Shown: positions 37,134-47,415, counted from the first letter of the stretch. The stretch: 64,000 nucleotides of DNA from Fidelibacterota bacterium (GCA_002708715.1 PAPB01000035.1:22285-86284); one strand, 5' to 3'. Notes: generated from the letters alone by a model not told the origin. Made by a program: numbers and translations.

Positions 37134-40100
37134 ATGCTACTTTTTGTAACGATGCCATTTGTTTCTTTGCTTGATGCACAATCATTGGAACGTGGAGACC
37201 CTAATTATAGAAGAGAGACACCTATTGATGTTAATAAAGTAAGAGCCTCTATTCATAATATTGGTTCCAGTGGAGGAGGTGGAGCTTACGGTTTTCACTA
37301 TGAGTGGCCAACAAATTCTGATAGAAGATATATTGCCTATCAAGCACTATATGTAGGCTCTGAGGTTGTTACTAATTCTGGGGAGACAAAACCATTGGTA
37401 ACCATTGCCCATCGTAGTGATCAGGAAGGTAATTCAATGATGTGGGAGCCAATACCAGGTTATTTGAATCCTAATTCAACAAAAATTGCTATTAGTGATA
37501 ATGAGACTACTTGGCCTAATACCTGGCCTGATAAATTAGGAGACAATAATGATCCAGGCTGGGCTGGTTCTTGGAATGGATATTTTGGAAAAAATCAATT
37601 CAATGCAGGTCAAGAAATATTTTATAAGATTTCTGATGATCGTAATTATATAGTGGGCTATCCCTATTCTCCTGATACAACTGATTTAACAAGAAAAGGC
37701 GCAGGTATTCAGGTTGGAGTAAGAGCAATGGAGTGGAAACAAATATTAATAGAAGATGTTGTTTTTTTACTTCATGAAGTAACGAATGATGGCTCATATG
37801 ATTATGAAAAAGTGGCATTTGGTTATTGGTTAGCTAATTGCGTTGGAGGTAACGGAGACTGTAATGATGATGTGATTGATTTTGATTTGTTAACTGATAT
37901 TGCTTGGTCTTTAGATAATGATGGTATCGGTGGATCTGCTTTTGGAACAGATCCAGTTGGTGTTGGCGCTACGTCATTTATAGAGACACCAGGGAATGAT
38001 AAAGATAGAATTGATAATGATGGCGATGGAGAGACGATGGGTCCAGTAATTACAGAGGATATGATTATAAATGAAATATTAGGAAATTCTATTGATGATA
38101 ATTTTAATGGTCTAGTAGATGAAAACTTAAGTCATGTTCCTGTAGCAAATCAGAGTGGGGTAGGTTTTGCAGATTATATTGATAATAATGGTAATGGCGA
38201 AGCTGCTAGTCCTATTATTACTCAAGAAATGATAGATGCTGCATCTTCACAAAATTGGAATATTTGGCCACATCCTAATGATGGATTTCAAGAAGGTGTA
38301 ATTCATTTAATTCAATTAGATGAAACCGATTTGGGTGCAGGTTTTGCAGATGGAATAGATAATAATGCAGATCCTGAAGATCCATATTTATTAGAATACC
38401 CAGTTGGATTAGGAGCAGATGTTGGTTCGCCAGTTATTACCGCTGAAATGGTATCAATAGCATCTAATGATGCTTGGCATAGATATAAAGTCCCTGGTAC
38501 TAACATTATTTTATATGATTTAGGAAGTGAAGATATTGGTAAGTCTTATGCTGATGGGATTGATAATGATGGCGATGGTGCTATTGATGAAGGTATTGAT
38601 GAAGGTATTGACGAAATGATTGATGAATCAAGAGATGATGGGATTGACAATGATGGGGACTGGACATTCATTGATGATGTGGGATTAAATGGTGATGAAT
38701 CAGGTGGTATTATTGCTGGAGTTGGTGATCAAAAACCTACGACAGGATCTGGAACAGGTTTTCCAGGTGAACCAAATATAGATAAGACGGATGTCTCTGA
38801 ATCAGATCAAATGGGTCTTACCTCTGTTCAGAAGAATGATGGTGGATTTAATACAGCGAGTGATAATTCTCTTTGGACATTTTATTTATCACCTGGAAAT
38901 ATTTGGGATCCTCCGCCTGGTGGTGATGAGCCAGGGAGTGTGGATATGCAAATTTCATCCGGGTTTTTTCCCCTAAAAGCAGGCCAAACAGAGCGTATAG
39001 CTATGGCTATAATGATGGGTAATGATCAACAGGATGCAATTAGAAATAAATATGTGGCGCAGCTAACGTATGAAAGTGATTATCAATTTGCAAAAGCACC
39101 TAACCCGCCGATAGTAACAGCTTTGGCAGGAGATGGGAAAGTGACTCTTTATTGGGATAATAAAGCCGAATTAACTCAAGATAAATATATGGGCAGAATT
39201 ACAAATGGTGTAGATCTTTATGATTTTGAAGGTTATAAAATATATCGTGCTACTGATTTTGAATTTAATGATGCTTATAATATTACCGATGGTGATGGAA
39301 ACCGAACTTTTATGGAGCCATATGTTCAAAATGGCGTTCCTGCTCGCTGGGACTTGGTTAATGGTAAAAATGGATGGCACCCAATTGATTTAAATGGGGT
39401 AAAGTTTTATCTAGGAGATGATACTGGCCTTGTTCATTCTTATGTAGATAATAATGTTGTTAATGGTCAGCGATACTATTATGCCGTTGTATCTTATGAT
39501 TATGGTGGTGATGCCACTAATAATATTATTCCTAGTGACTCTCCTATGAGACTAAGAGTACACCCTCTTACTGGAGAGATTGAGATGGGCCCGAATGTTG
39601 TTGGTGTGGTACCTTCTCCACCTTCAGCGGGTTATGTTGAGGCTAGTCTTGTAGAAAATAATATTAGTCATGTTGCGGGATCATCTAGTGGAGAAATTAA
39701 TTTAGAAATTATAGACCCTTCTGTAATAAAAAATAATCATCGATATAGAATTACTTTTGAAGATACGCTTTTTGCCAATCAACAAGGGCTTGCAGGCTAT
39801 GATACTGCTACGACAAAATCTTATAGTTTAATTGATATTACTAATCAAGATAATCATGATACTTTACTTAAAGATATAGAATCTCTTCCGATTGTAGATG
39901 GTCCAGTTATAGATGGGTTTCGTTTATCTTTTTATAATGTTGGAAGTCTTGGTTTTAATCAAAACTTTTCTTATTGGTCAAATGATAGTTTATGGACATT
40001 TGATGTTGGACGATATTTTACCTTTAATGTTGTGGGCTCCATGTTACCCTATGATTACCGAATCATTTTTACTGAAGAGCAATCTGACTCCAGCATAGAT

Positions 40101-40844
40101 CTTTGTATGCGGTATCTACCAAATAGCTCAACATGTTTTCCTGGATTTTTACATCCAGCAAAGGAAGTCAATTTTAGAGTAGAGCGTCAGGTATCTTTAA
40201 CAGGTGAAGATGAAGTAGATTGGGAGCAGATACCGATTGGATTTATTGATGTAATACCTTTTGGTGATCCCGATGGATATTTTAATGCTGATGGAGATAG
40301 AGAAAGTGACTGGATAGTTTTTATGGATCATGAAGATGAAGAAGGGAACCCTATTCCTTCTTGGAGATTTTTATTAAATCTTCTCCCATATGATGAAATG
40401 TTAGTTTATGATGCACCTCAGCCAGGTGATACGGCCTATGTAATTATTGATAAACCATTTTTGAGTAGCGATGTTTATGAGTTTAATACAATTGCTTCTC
40501 ATATTAATGTTGAAGATGCAGTTACTGACCTTGATAAAATAAAAGTTGTTCCTAACCCATATTTTGCAGCTTCGGCATTCGAGAATCAAAATACATTTAA
40601 TACAGGAAGAGGCCCAAGAGAAATACAATTTCGTTATCTACCTAACGATTGTACAATTCGTATTTATACAATTTCTGGTGAATTAGTGAAAACTATTCAT
40701 CATTCATCTCCAATTGAATCAGGTACAGGAAGATGGGATTTATTGACAAAGGATAATTTGGCCGCTTCTTTTGGTGTATATGTTTATCATATAGAAGCGG
40801 ACAATATTGGGGAAAAAATTGGTAAGCTGGCAATTGTGAAATGA
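37134..40844 (+). CDS. Large secreted surface protein (module A): conserved N-domain, acidic DxDxDG Ca-binding-type repeats, FN3-like module, variant T9SS-like C-terminal domain
   Basis: The start is set at MLLFVTMPFVSLLDAQS (signal peptide). ADGIDN(D/N)GDG...SP(V/I)IT.EM repeats occur 3-4 times. DESRDDGIDNDGDW and FPGEPNIDKTDVSESDQ blocks are present. The FN3-like block is PPIVTALAGDGKVTLYWDN...FEGYKIYRATD. The C-terminus reads IKVVPNPYF...LPNDCTIRIYTISGELV...GVYVYHIEA...GKLAIVK. It is a paralogue of 52433..56401. Confidence 0.6.
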   Translation: MLLFVTMPFVSLLDAQSLERGDPNYRRETPIDVNKVRASIHNIGSSGGGGAYGFHYEWPTNSDRRYIAYQALYVGSEVVTNSGETKPLVTIAHRSDQEGNSMMWEPIPGYLNPNSTKIAISDNETTWPNTWPDKLGDNNDPGWAGSWNGYFGKNQFNAGQEIFYKISDDRNYIVGYPYSPDTTDLTRKGAGIQVGVRAMEWKQILIEDVVFLLHEVTNDGSYDYEKVAFGYWLANCVGGNGDCNDDVIDFDLLTDIAWSLDNDGIGGSAFGTDPVGVGATSFIETPGNDKDRIDNDGDGETMGPVITEDMIINEILGNSIDDNFNGLVDENLSHVPVANQSGVGFADYIDNNGNGEAASPIITQEMIDAASSQNWNIWPHPNDGFQEGVIHLIQLDETDLGAGFADGIDNNADPEDPYLLEYPVGLGADVGSPVITAEMVSIASNDAWHRYKVPGTNIILYDLGSEDIGKSYADGIDNDGDGAIDEGIDEGIDEMIDESRDDGIDNDGDWTFIDDVGLNGDESGGIIAGVGDQKPTTGSGTGFPGEPNIDKTDVSESDQMGLTSVQKNDGGFNTASDNSLWTFYLSPGNIWDPPPGGDEPGSVDMQISSGFFPLKAGQTERIAMAIMMGNDQQDAIRNKYVAQLTYESDYQFAKAPNPPIVTALAGDGKVTLYWDNKAELTQDKYMGRITNGVDLYDFEGYKIYRATDFEFNDAYNITDGDGNRTFMEPYVQNGVPARWDLVNGKNGWHPIDLNGVKFYLGDDTGLVHSYVDNNVVNGQRYYYAVVSYDYGGDATNNIIPSDSPMRLRVHPLTGEIEMGPNVVGVVPSPPSAGYVEASLVENNISHVAGSSSGEINLEIIDPSVIKNNHRYRITFEDTLFANQQGLAGYDTATTKSYSLIDITNQDNHDTLLKDIESLPIVDGPVIDGFRLSFYNVGSLGFNQNFSYWSNDSLWTFDVGRYFTFNVVGSMLPYDYRIIFTEEQSDSSIDLCMRYLPNSSTCFPGFLHPAKEVNFRVERQVSLTGEDEVDWEQIPIGFIDVIPFGDPDGYFNADGDRESDWIVFMDHEDEEGNPIPSWRFLLNLLPYDEMLVYDAPQPGDTAYVIIDKPFLSSDVYEFNTIASHINVEDAVTDLDKIKVVPNPYFAASAFENQNTFNTGRGPREIQFRYLPNDCTIRIYTISGELVKTIHHSSPIESGTGRWDLLTKDNLAASFGVYVYHIEADNIGEKIGKLAIVK
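38583..38630 (+). repeat. 4 x 12-bp in-frame tandem repeat (ATTGATGAAGGT x2, then two degenerate copies)
   Basis: Read directly from the sequence; it encodes IDEG-IDEG-IDEM-IDES. Confidence 0.8.
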
Positions 40845-41851
40845 GAAACTATACAATAATTAAATATTCTATTTTTCTTTTTATGCTTTCTCAATTATTA
40901 TCCGTAGACAAAGCGGGTACGACATCAGCTAAATTTTTATCAATAGGAGCTGGTTCTGCTGCTGTTAGTATGGGAGGTGCATTTACTTCTATTGCGAATG
41001 ATGCTACTGCAATGTATTGGAATCCTGCAGGTATAAGTTTTTATAATATGAGAGAGGTTTATTTTAACCATTCTAACTGGATTGCAGATATCTCTCATGA
41101 TTATTTTGGTTTAACTATACCACTTAATTCTAAAAACACTATTGGGTTTAATTTGATTTCTGTGACAATGGATGATATGGAGGTTACACGCTATGGTAAT
41201 GAAGATACTGGAGAGACATTTAAAGCGGCAGATTATGCACTCGGAGTATCTTATGCTGTGAACTTTACAGACCGTTTTTCTATTGGTTTTAATGGCAAAT
41301 ATATACAGCAAATGATAGCGAGTAGTTATGCAAGAGGATTAGCTCTTGATATAGGGACTTTATTTGATACCCCTTTCGGATTTCGTTTAGGTACGAGTAT
41401 CAGCAACTTTGGACCAAAGTTAAAAATGACTGGCGATGATTTATTGGTTGCTGCTGATGTTGATCAAACGATTGAAGGTAATAATGAAAGTGTAATCAGT
41501 GTGTTGTCTACAGACTATTTTGATTTACCATTAGTATTACGTTTTGGTATTTCAGATAATGTTAAAGTTGGAAAATTGTTAAAAATGTTATGGTCGGTAG
41601 ACGCTGTAAGTCCTAATGATAATACAAATTATATAAATATAGGATTGGAGTTTAGTTTTCTCAATGACCTTCTACGCTTGAGATCAGGAATTAATTCTTT
41701 ATTTTTAAGTGATAATGAAAAAGAATTTTCACTAGGTCTTGGATTAAAAATCCCAAGCATTGGTAAGAATAATATTTTGATGAATTATTCCTATGAGTCT
41801 ATGAAATTTTTGGGAGTTACGCAGCAGATAGGCATATCCTTTGCATATTAA
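40841..41851 (+). CDS. PorV/PorQ-family-like outer-membrane beta-barrel (module A)
   Basis: It has a signal peptide followed by GTTSAKFLSIGAGSAAVSMGGAFTSIANDATAMYWNPAGI, the hallmark PorV-type N-terminal motif (FL.I....RA.GMGGA....DA.A.YWNPAG). An alternating beta-strand pattern follows. It is 336 aa, and the ATG overlaps the upstream stop (ATGA). Confidence 0.7.
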   Translation: MRNYTIIKYSIFLFMLSQLLSVDKAGTTSAKFLSIGAGSAAVSMGGAFTSIANDATAMYWNPAGISFYNMREVYFNHSNWIADISHDYFGLTIPLNSKNTIGFNLISVTMDDMEVTRYGNEDTGETFKAADYALGVSYAVNFTDRFSIGFNGKYIQQMIASSYARGLALDIGTLFDTPFGFRLGTSISNFGPKLKMTGDDLLVAADVDQTIEGNNESVISVLSTDYFDLPLVLRFGISDNVKVGKLLKMLWSVDAVSPNDNTNYINIGLEFSFLNDLLRLRSGINSLFLSDNEKEFSLGLGLKIPSIGKNNILMNYSYESMKFLGVTQQIGISFAY

Positions 41852-41875
41852 ATATATCATAAATAGTTACAGTAT

Positions 41876-43189
41876 ATGAATAAAGTTTTTTGTGTTATTT
41901 CTTTTATTTCTTTGTTTTTATCATGTGAATCTTCAAAAGTAAGGCAAATTATTAATGATCAAAAAGCTATAGATAATTTATTAGATGAGCATGTAAATAA
42001 TGGTTCATATCCTTTTTTATATGCTCGAATAGAGAATATCGATGGGACTATTTTATATGAACATAGTGTGGTGAATCATAGGTTGCTTCCCGATATTGAG
42101 GTTAATGGAGACACATGGATTCGTATTTGGTCAATGAGCAAAATTGTAACGATTTCAATTTTAATGGATTTGGTAGAAGATGGGATGGTAGACCTCAATG
42201 ATCCTGTGATTAAATATATACCGGAATTTTCAAATCTTAAAGTTGCTGAATCTTCTGATGGAAAAAGTTTATCAATGTTTACCCAAGCTGATACCTTTTC
42301 AAAAGCATCAGATAAACAATTAGATTTAGCATGTCCTATCCAATTAGTTAAGCCTGATTCTATAATGAGAGTTCATCATTTAATTAATCATAGGGCTGGA
42401 TTTTATTATGCAAATACAACTATAAGTTGCCTAGACTCAATTTCTGTTGAGGCCGATCTTTCTATGGTTGCCAATAGTGATTCCCTTATAAATAGGTTAT
42501 CCAATATGCCTTTGATTCATCATCCTGGAGAGAGATACCACTATGGATTAAATACAACAGTCCTAGGACTAGTAGCAGAGAGAGCTTCTAGTAAGACATT
42601 AGATGAATTAGTAAATGATCGTATTGCAACACCCTGTGGTATAGAAGGATTTCAATATAAAATATCTGAAGATATTCAATTAATACCTACTTTTACTGGA
42701 CGTGATGGTACTTTAAGAAGAGCAGTATCAGGTGAGCTTGATATAATGGGTGCAAATGTTCCTATGTATGATAAAGATCAACGGGTCTATTTTGGAGGAG
42801 AGGGTATGGTTGCAACAAGTGATGGTTATGCTGATTTTTTACGGTTATGGTTAGGCTATGGTAAATTAAATAATCATAGATTTTTAGATAAAACTACATT
42901 AAAAAGTATGATCTCGAGTATTGATAGGAAAGATGGATATGGAATCAGTACAAAGTATGGAGTATACATTACAGGCGATTCAACGCTATCTCAAGGAAAA
43001 GGAGACAAAGGTCTTTGGCAGGGTGGAGGATATGAAGGTACTAGTTTTTGGATAGATCCAAAAAGAAAATTTGTAGGACTCCTAATGACTCAAGTAAATC
43101 AGTCTCCAGATCATGTAGGTCTAGGTTCTGGACTCTATGATAAGTTTAGAGGGCTTATATACAAACAAATATTTGATAGAGAAATATAA
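41876..43189 (+). CDS. Beta-lactamase-fold serine hydrolase, lipoprotein
   Basis: It has a lipobox (FLSC) and the motifs SxxK (WSMSK), YGLN and GGGYEGTSFWIDP. Confidence 0.75.
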   Translation: MNKVFCVISFISLFLSCESSKVRQIINDQKAIDNLLDEHVNNGSYPFLYARIENIDGTILYEHSVVNHRLLPDIEVNGDTWIRIWSMSKIVTISILMDLVEDGMVDLNDPVIKYIPEFSNLKVAESSDGKSLSMFTQADTFSKASDKQLDLACPIQLVKPDSIMRVHHLINHRAGFYYANTTISCLDSISVEADLSMVANSDSLINRLSNMPLIHHPGERYHYGLNTTVLGLVAERASSKTLDELVNDRIATPCGIEGFQYKISEDIQLIPTFTGRDGTLRRAVSGELDIMGANVPMYDKDQRVYFGGEGMVATSDGYADFLRLWLGYGKLNNHRFLDKTTLKSMISSIDRKDGYGISTKYGVYITGDSTLSQGKGDKGLWQGGGYEGTSFWIDPKRKFVGLLMTQVNQSPDHVGLGSGLYDKFRGLIYKQIFDREI

Positions 43190-43200
43190 ATTTTAATTTT

Positions 43201-44907
43201 ATGCATAGAATTTTGAAAAATGTTTTTTATTTAATAGCCTTATTTATAATGGTAGCACTTCGTGCCCAGGAAACAACTTTTACAAACCCTATACTCCCTG
43301 GAAGCTATCCTGATCCATCAATATGTAGAGTTGGCAATGATTTTTATATTGTGAATTCTTCATTTGAATATTTTCCAGGACTTCCAATTCATCATAGTAC
43401 CGACTTGGTTAATTGGAATTTAGTAGGCTATGGATTGCATCGGGAAAATCAGTGCAATGGTCTAATGAACTTGTTAGATGTTCAATCAGATGGTGGGATA
43501 CATGCTCCAACTATTAGGTATAATAAAGGTCTATTTTATATTATTACAACAAATGTTTATAGTCCTCCAAACGGAGGTCCTGCAAAGATGGTTAATTTTA
43601 TTATTACATCAAATAATATCCGCGGTCCATGGTCAGATCCGCATATTATCGAAGGAGCACCTGGAATTGATCCTGATATTTTCTTTGAAGGAGATAGAGC
43701 ATACTTTGTTGGAACACATAAACCTAACGAACCTAACGAAAATGGTATAGGAGAAATTTGGGTTCAGGAATTAGATTTAAAATATTGGGAACTCAAGGGA
43801 GAAAGATATTCGGTCTGGAAAGGTGCATGTGGTGGATGTTGTGTTGAAGGCCCTCATATCTATAAAGAAAATAATATGTATTACCTCATGGTTGCAGAGG
43901 GAGGCACAGGTCTTCATCATGCTGTAATGATAGCTGCTAGTAAAAATTTATTTGGTCCATACGAATCTAACCCAAGGAATCCGATCCTTACCTCTAGACA
44001 TCTATCCAATACTAACTGGGTACATAGTACAGGCCATGCTGATATGGTAAAATTAGCTGATGATAGATGGTATATGGTTGCGCTTGGTAAGCGGAATGAT
44101 TTAAATGGCTCTTCGAACATGGGTAGAGAAACTCATTTGATGCCAATAATATGGGAGCCTGCAACAATGAGGTGGGAAGAGGTTCACCCAAAAGTATGGG
44201 AGCCAGTAGACTATCTTTTCCCAGTAGTGGCACCATATTCAGGGAAAGTAGAAAGAAATAATCCTTTACCTTTTGATGGTAAATATCAACTAATGGTTGA
44301 AAAATATTATGATGGTTTTGATGATGAATATTTAGATCTTAAATGGAATTTTCGGAGGGTTCCTATAAGTGGCACTTATTCTTTAACCGATCGACCAGGA
44401 TATTTAAGAATGTTTTCCAATTCAAATACATTAAAGGATAGAGCTCAATGTAGTTTGATTGGCTTAAGGCAAACAGAAAGTGATTTTGAATATGTTGTTA
44501 ATATGGAATTTAATCCTACATATCCTACATCAGAGTCTGGTATCTGTATATTTCAAAAAGATGATTATTATATTTCATGCACAATTAAGAAAAATAAAAA
44601 GAAAGTATATCTTAATGTTCTTTTAAAACAACCCAAACGCGGACTTGTTGAAATGAAAACCATTAGGTTGAAATCTTATAAGAAAAACATCATTTTTAAA
44701 ATAACTTCAAAAAAGGATAATTATACTTATTTTTATTCTATTGATAATGGTGAAACATTTGAAAAGTATTTAGAGACCAGCGCTGATAAAATTTTATGCA
44801 AAGGTTATACAGGAGCCTACCTGGGAGTATATATTACAAGCAACGGTAATGATACAGATGATTATGCAGATTTTGATTGGGTTAATTATACTGGATTTCC
44901 TCGATAA
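43201..44907 (+). CDS. GH43 beta-xylosidase/alpha-L-arabinofuranosidase with a C-terminal concanavalin-like domain
   Basis: It has a signal peptide and the blocks NPILPGSYPDPSICRVGNDFYIVNSSFEYFPGLPIHHSTDLVNW, HAPTIRY and EGPHIYK, all typical of GH43 XynB-type enzymes. Confidence 0.85.
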   Translation: MHRILKNVFYLIALFIMVALRAQETTFTNPILPGSYPDPSICRVGNDFYIVNSSFEYFPGLPIHHSTDLVNWNLVGYGLHRENQCNGLMNLLDVQSDGGIHAPTIRYNKGLFYIITTNVYSPPNGGPAKMVNFIITSNNIRGPWSDPHIIEGAPGIDPDIFFEGDRAYFVGTHKPNEPNENGIGEIWVQELDLKYWELKGERYSVWKGACGGCCVEGPHIYKENNMYYLMVAEGGTGLHHAVMIAASKNLFGPYESNPRNPILTSRHLSNTNWVHSTGHADMVKLADDRWYMVALGKRNDLNGSSNMGRETHLMPIIWEPATMRWEEVHPKVWEPVDYLFPVVAPYSGKVERNNPLPFDGKYQLMVEKYYDGFDDEYLDLKWNFRRVPISGTYSLTDRPGYLRMFSNSNTLKDRAQCSLIGLRQTESDFEYVVNMEFNPTYPTSESGICIFQKDDYYISCTIKKNKKKVYLNVLLKQPKRGLVEMKTIRLKSYKKNIIFKITSKKDNYTYFYSIDNGETFEKYLETSADKILCKGYTGAYLGVYITSNGNDTDDYADFDWVNYTGFPR

Positions 44908-45022
44908 TTTGAGCAAAAGAATAATGTGAAAATTGTATTTATTTTTCTTGTAAAATACATAACCAATCTCAATTGTATCCTGTTTTTAAAAAATATTCAA
45001 GTTATATAAAATTGTAAATATA

Positions 45023-46072
45023 TTGATTACTGTAACCAATAATATCAGATATCTAGTAATCTTAGTGATACTAATTATTGCAGTGTTATGGTACAAACCT
45101 ATAAGTGAAACCGAAGCTGGTATAAAAGTATTTGATCAGCATATGGTTTTAATAGCAGGTGGAAAATATTTTATGGGTAGTAATAAGCCAGAGGCATATG
45201 CTAATGAACAACCTGTCCATGAAGTGTTCGTAGATTCATTTTATATGGATGCCTATGAAGTGACAAATCATCAATTTAAACAGTTTGTTAATGAGACTGG
45301 TTACGTTACCACTGCTGAAGAATTGATAATTTGGGATGAGATGAGAAAACAATTGCCAACACATATCCCTAAGCCACCTGATTCATTATTAGAGCCTGGA
45401 TCTTTAGTTTTTCAAGCCAGTACAAAGCCAATACCATTAAATGATGAATCAATCTGGTGGAAGTGGGTTAGAGGCGCTTCCTGGAAGCATCCTAATGGTC
45501 AAAATAGTTCCATTGAAAATATTATGGATCATCCAGTGGTCCATGTCTCATGGGATGATGCGGTTGCATATGCAAAGTGGGCAGGGAAGAGGCTTCCAAC
45601 TGAAGCTGAATGGGAGTGGGCAGCACGGGGAATGAAGACCAATGCTCTTTACCCATGGGGAAATGAATCCATTAATATAGAACCTATGAAAGCAAACTTT
45701 TGGCAAGGACATTTTCCATATTTAAATACTAAAAGAGATGGATATAGTATGACCGCACCTGTTGGCTCATTTAAGCCCAACGAATATGGTTTGTACGATA
45801 TGGCGGGTAATGTTTGGGAATGGTGTTCTGATTATTATAATATTAATAGCTACACGGTAGATGCAAATTCAGGATTCTGTAAAAACCCAAAAGGTCCAGA
45901 ACGGTCCTATGATCCAACAGAACCTTTTGCTGTAAAAAAAGTATTAAGAGGAGGATCCTTTTTATGTAATGATAGTTATTGCTCTGGATATCGAGTATCA
46001 AGAAGAATGAGCTCCAGCAAAGATACGGGTTTAAGTCACACAGGATTTCGTTGTGTAAAGGATATCAAGTGA
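45023..46072 (+). CDS. Formylglycine-generating enzyme (FGE/SUMF1) family protein, membrane-anchored
   Basis: It has a TTG start and an N-terminal TM helix. The FGE blocks are present: YMDAYEVTN.QF..FV..TGY, HPVVHVSWDDAVAYAKWAGKRLPTEAEWE, GNVWEWCSDYY and RGGSFLCNDSYCSGYR. Confidence 0.85.
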   Translation: MITVTNNIRYLVILVILIIAVLWYKPISETEAGIKVFDQHMVLIAGGKYFMGSNKPEAYANEQPVHEVFVDSFYMDAYEVTNHQFKQFVNETGYVTTAEELIIWDEMRKQLPTHIPKPPDSLLEPGSLVFQASTKPIPLNDESIWWKWVRGASWKHPNGQNSSIENIMDHPVVHVSWDDAVAYAKWAGKRLPTEAEWEWAARGMKTNALYPWGNESINIEPMKANFWQGHFPYLNTKRDGYSMTAPVGSFKPNEYGLYDMAGNVWEWCSDYYNINSYTVDANSGFCKNPKGPERSYDPTEPFAVKKVLRGGSFLCNDSYCSGYRVSRRMSSSKDTGLSHTGFRCVKDIK

Positions 46073-46098
46073 TGAGTAAAAAATTGGTTATTAAATTT

Positions 46099-47415
46099 TT
46101 AGTTAGCTTTTAATTTAGATTTAAATAGTTTTTCTAAGTTCTTATCATACACTACAATTTTATATTGAGCTTTTAGTTTTTTTGTAATTTCCATAATATC
46201 TTTTTCAGAAAAGTTTTTTTGTTTTTTATCTTTTGAAAGGGAGAGCAGGAATTCTCTTGCGAGATATTGATCTTCTTTAGATTGTATTTTCCATTGTACT
46301 TTTTTATTATTTTGTAATCCACGATTTAAAGCTTCAGTTGTTAAAAGTTTATTTCTTAGAGCAATATAAAATGCTTGAACGGGATTGTCTAAAAATGATT
46401 TAGGACTAGAATTTCTTAAATTATTTAAAAGATCATTAATGGTAAATGATCCATTTTTGAATGTTGCAAGTGTAGTATTAGCATTCAATTTTAAATCGAT
46501 AATAAACTCAGTTAATTTTTCGCTAATCTTTGGTTTGAGATCATATTCATTTTTATTTTTTTGAAATACAATTGTATGAATCTTATGAAGTGTATTCATC
46601 ACAAGTGTGTCATCAATTGTTATATCATTATCCATGAGATTATTCACATAATCATTTGCCATTATTTGAGTCTGTTTTTTTATAATAGTATTGATTAAGC
46701 CGTGCTTGGTATTTTGATAATCGTTTTCACTAATGATCATTTGTCTTCTTTCATCCTTTTTTAAAAGGATGTGCCACCCGTAGCTGGATCGAATGGGTCC
46801 CACAGCTTTATTTATAGGCATGGAAAAAGCAGTTTGCTCTAAATTTGGATCTAATGTATTATAACTGATCCAGCCTAAATCACCACCAGAATCTTTTAGG
46901 TTTTTATCTTTAAATAACTTTTTTGCATAGACATCAAACATAATTGGATTTTTTAATATTAAGGGCAATAGCGTGTCTAAGACCTCTTTATCCTGGTGAA
47001 AGATATGCTTTAGTGAAATTTCTGTGTTTTTCCATGTGAAATGTTTCCTTGCAATACTATCTTCTATGGCAACACCTTTAGACCCTATAATGTGATTATA
47101 GAGTTCCTCACGTAGTGCTAATTCTTTTGATAGTTTGACTCTATTCAATCCTATAGAATCAAGTGAAAGGTTTTTTGATCTTGCTGCTTCTGCGAATAGT
47201 TTGGTTCGTATTAATTCGTTTAGGGTTCTGCTACGTTCAAAGTCAGAATCTTGTGCTGCCGTATTAATTAATTTATTTGAATATGACTCAATGAAATCAT
47301 CTGCTGTGACTTCACTTGTACCTACCACTGCCAGGATTTCAGGATCAACATTATTTTCACAAGTATGGAAAAATGTACTGTATATGATTAATAAGATTAA
47401 ATGAGTTTTATTCAT
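46099..47415 (-). CDS. Parvulin-type peptidyl-prolyl isomerase (PpiC/SurA-like) (module B), paralogue of 32898..34211
   Basis: It has the parvulin core SLKHIF...GGDLGWISYNTLDPNLEQTAFSMPINKAVGPIRSSYGWHILLK. It is 438 aa versus 437 aa for the paralogue. Confidence 0.7.
   Translation of the reverse strand: MNKTHLILLIIYSTFFHTCENNVDPEILAVVGTSEVTADDFIESYSNKLINTAAQDSDFERSRTLNELIRTKLFAEAARSKNLSLDSIGLNRVKLSKELALREELYNHIIGSKGVAIEDSIARKHFTWKNTEISLKHIFHQDKEVLDTLLPLILKNPIMFDVYAKKLFKDKNLKDSGGDLGWISYNTLDPNLEQTAFSMPINKAVGPIRSSYGWHILLKKDERRQMIISENDYQNTKHGLINTIIKKQTQIMANDYVNNLMDNDITIDDTLVMNTLHKIHTIVFQKNKNEYDLKPKISEKLTEFIIDLKLNANTTLATFKNGSFTINDLLNNLRNSSPKSFLDNPVQAFYIALRNKLLTTEALNRGLQNNKKVQWKIQSKEDQYLAREFLLSLSKDKKQKNFSEKDIMEITKKLKAQYKIVVYDKNLEKLFKSKLKAN

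Noticed and set aside
46073-46098. An AAAAATT...AATTTTT hairpin between the convergent FGE and PPIase genes, considered as a bidirectional terminator.
   Set aside because: The stem is A/T only and very weak, which is not enough evidence.
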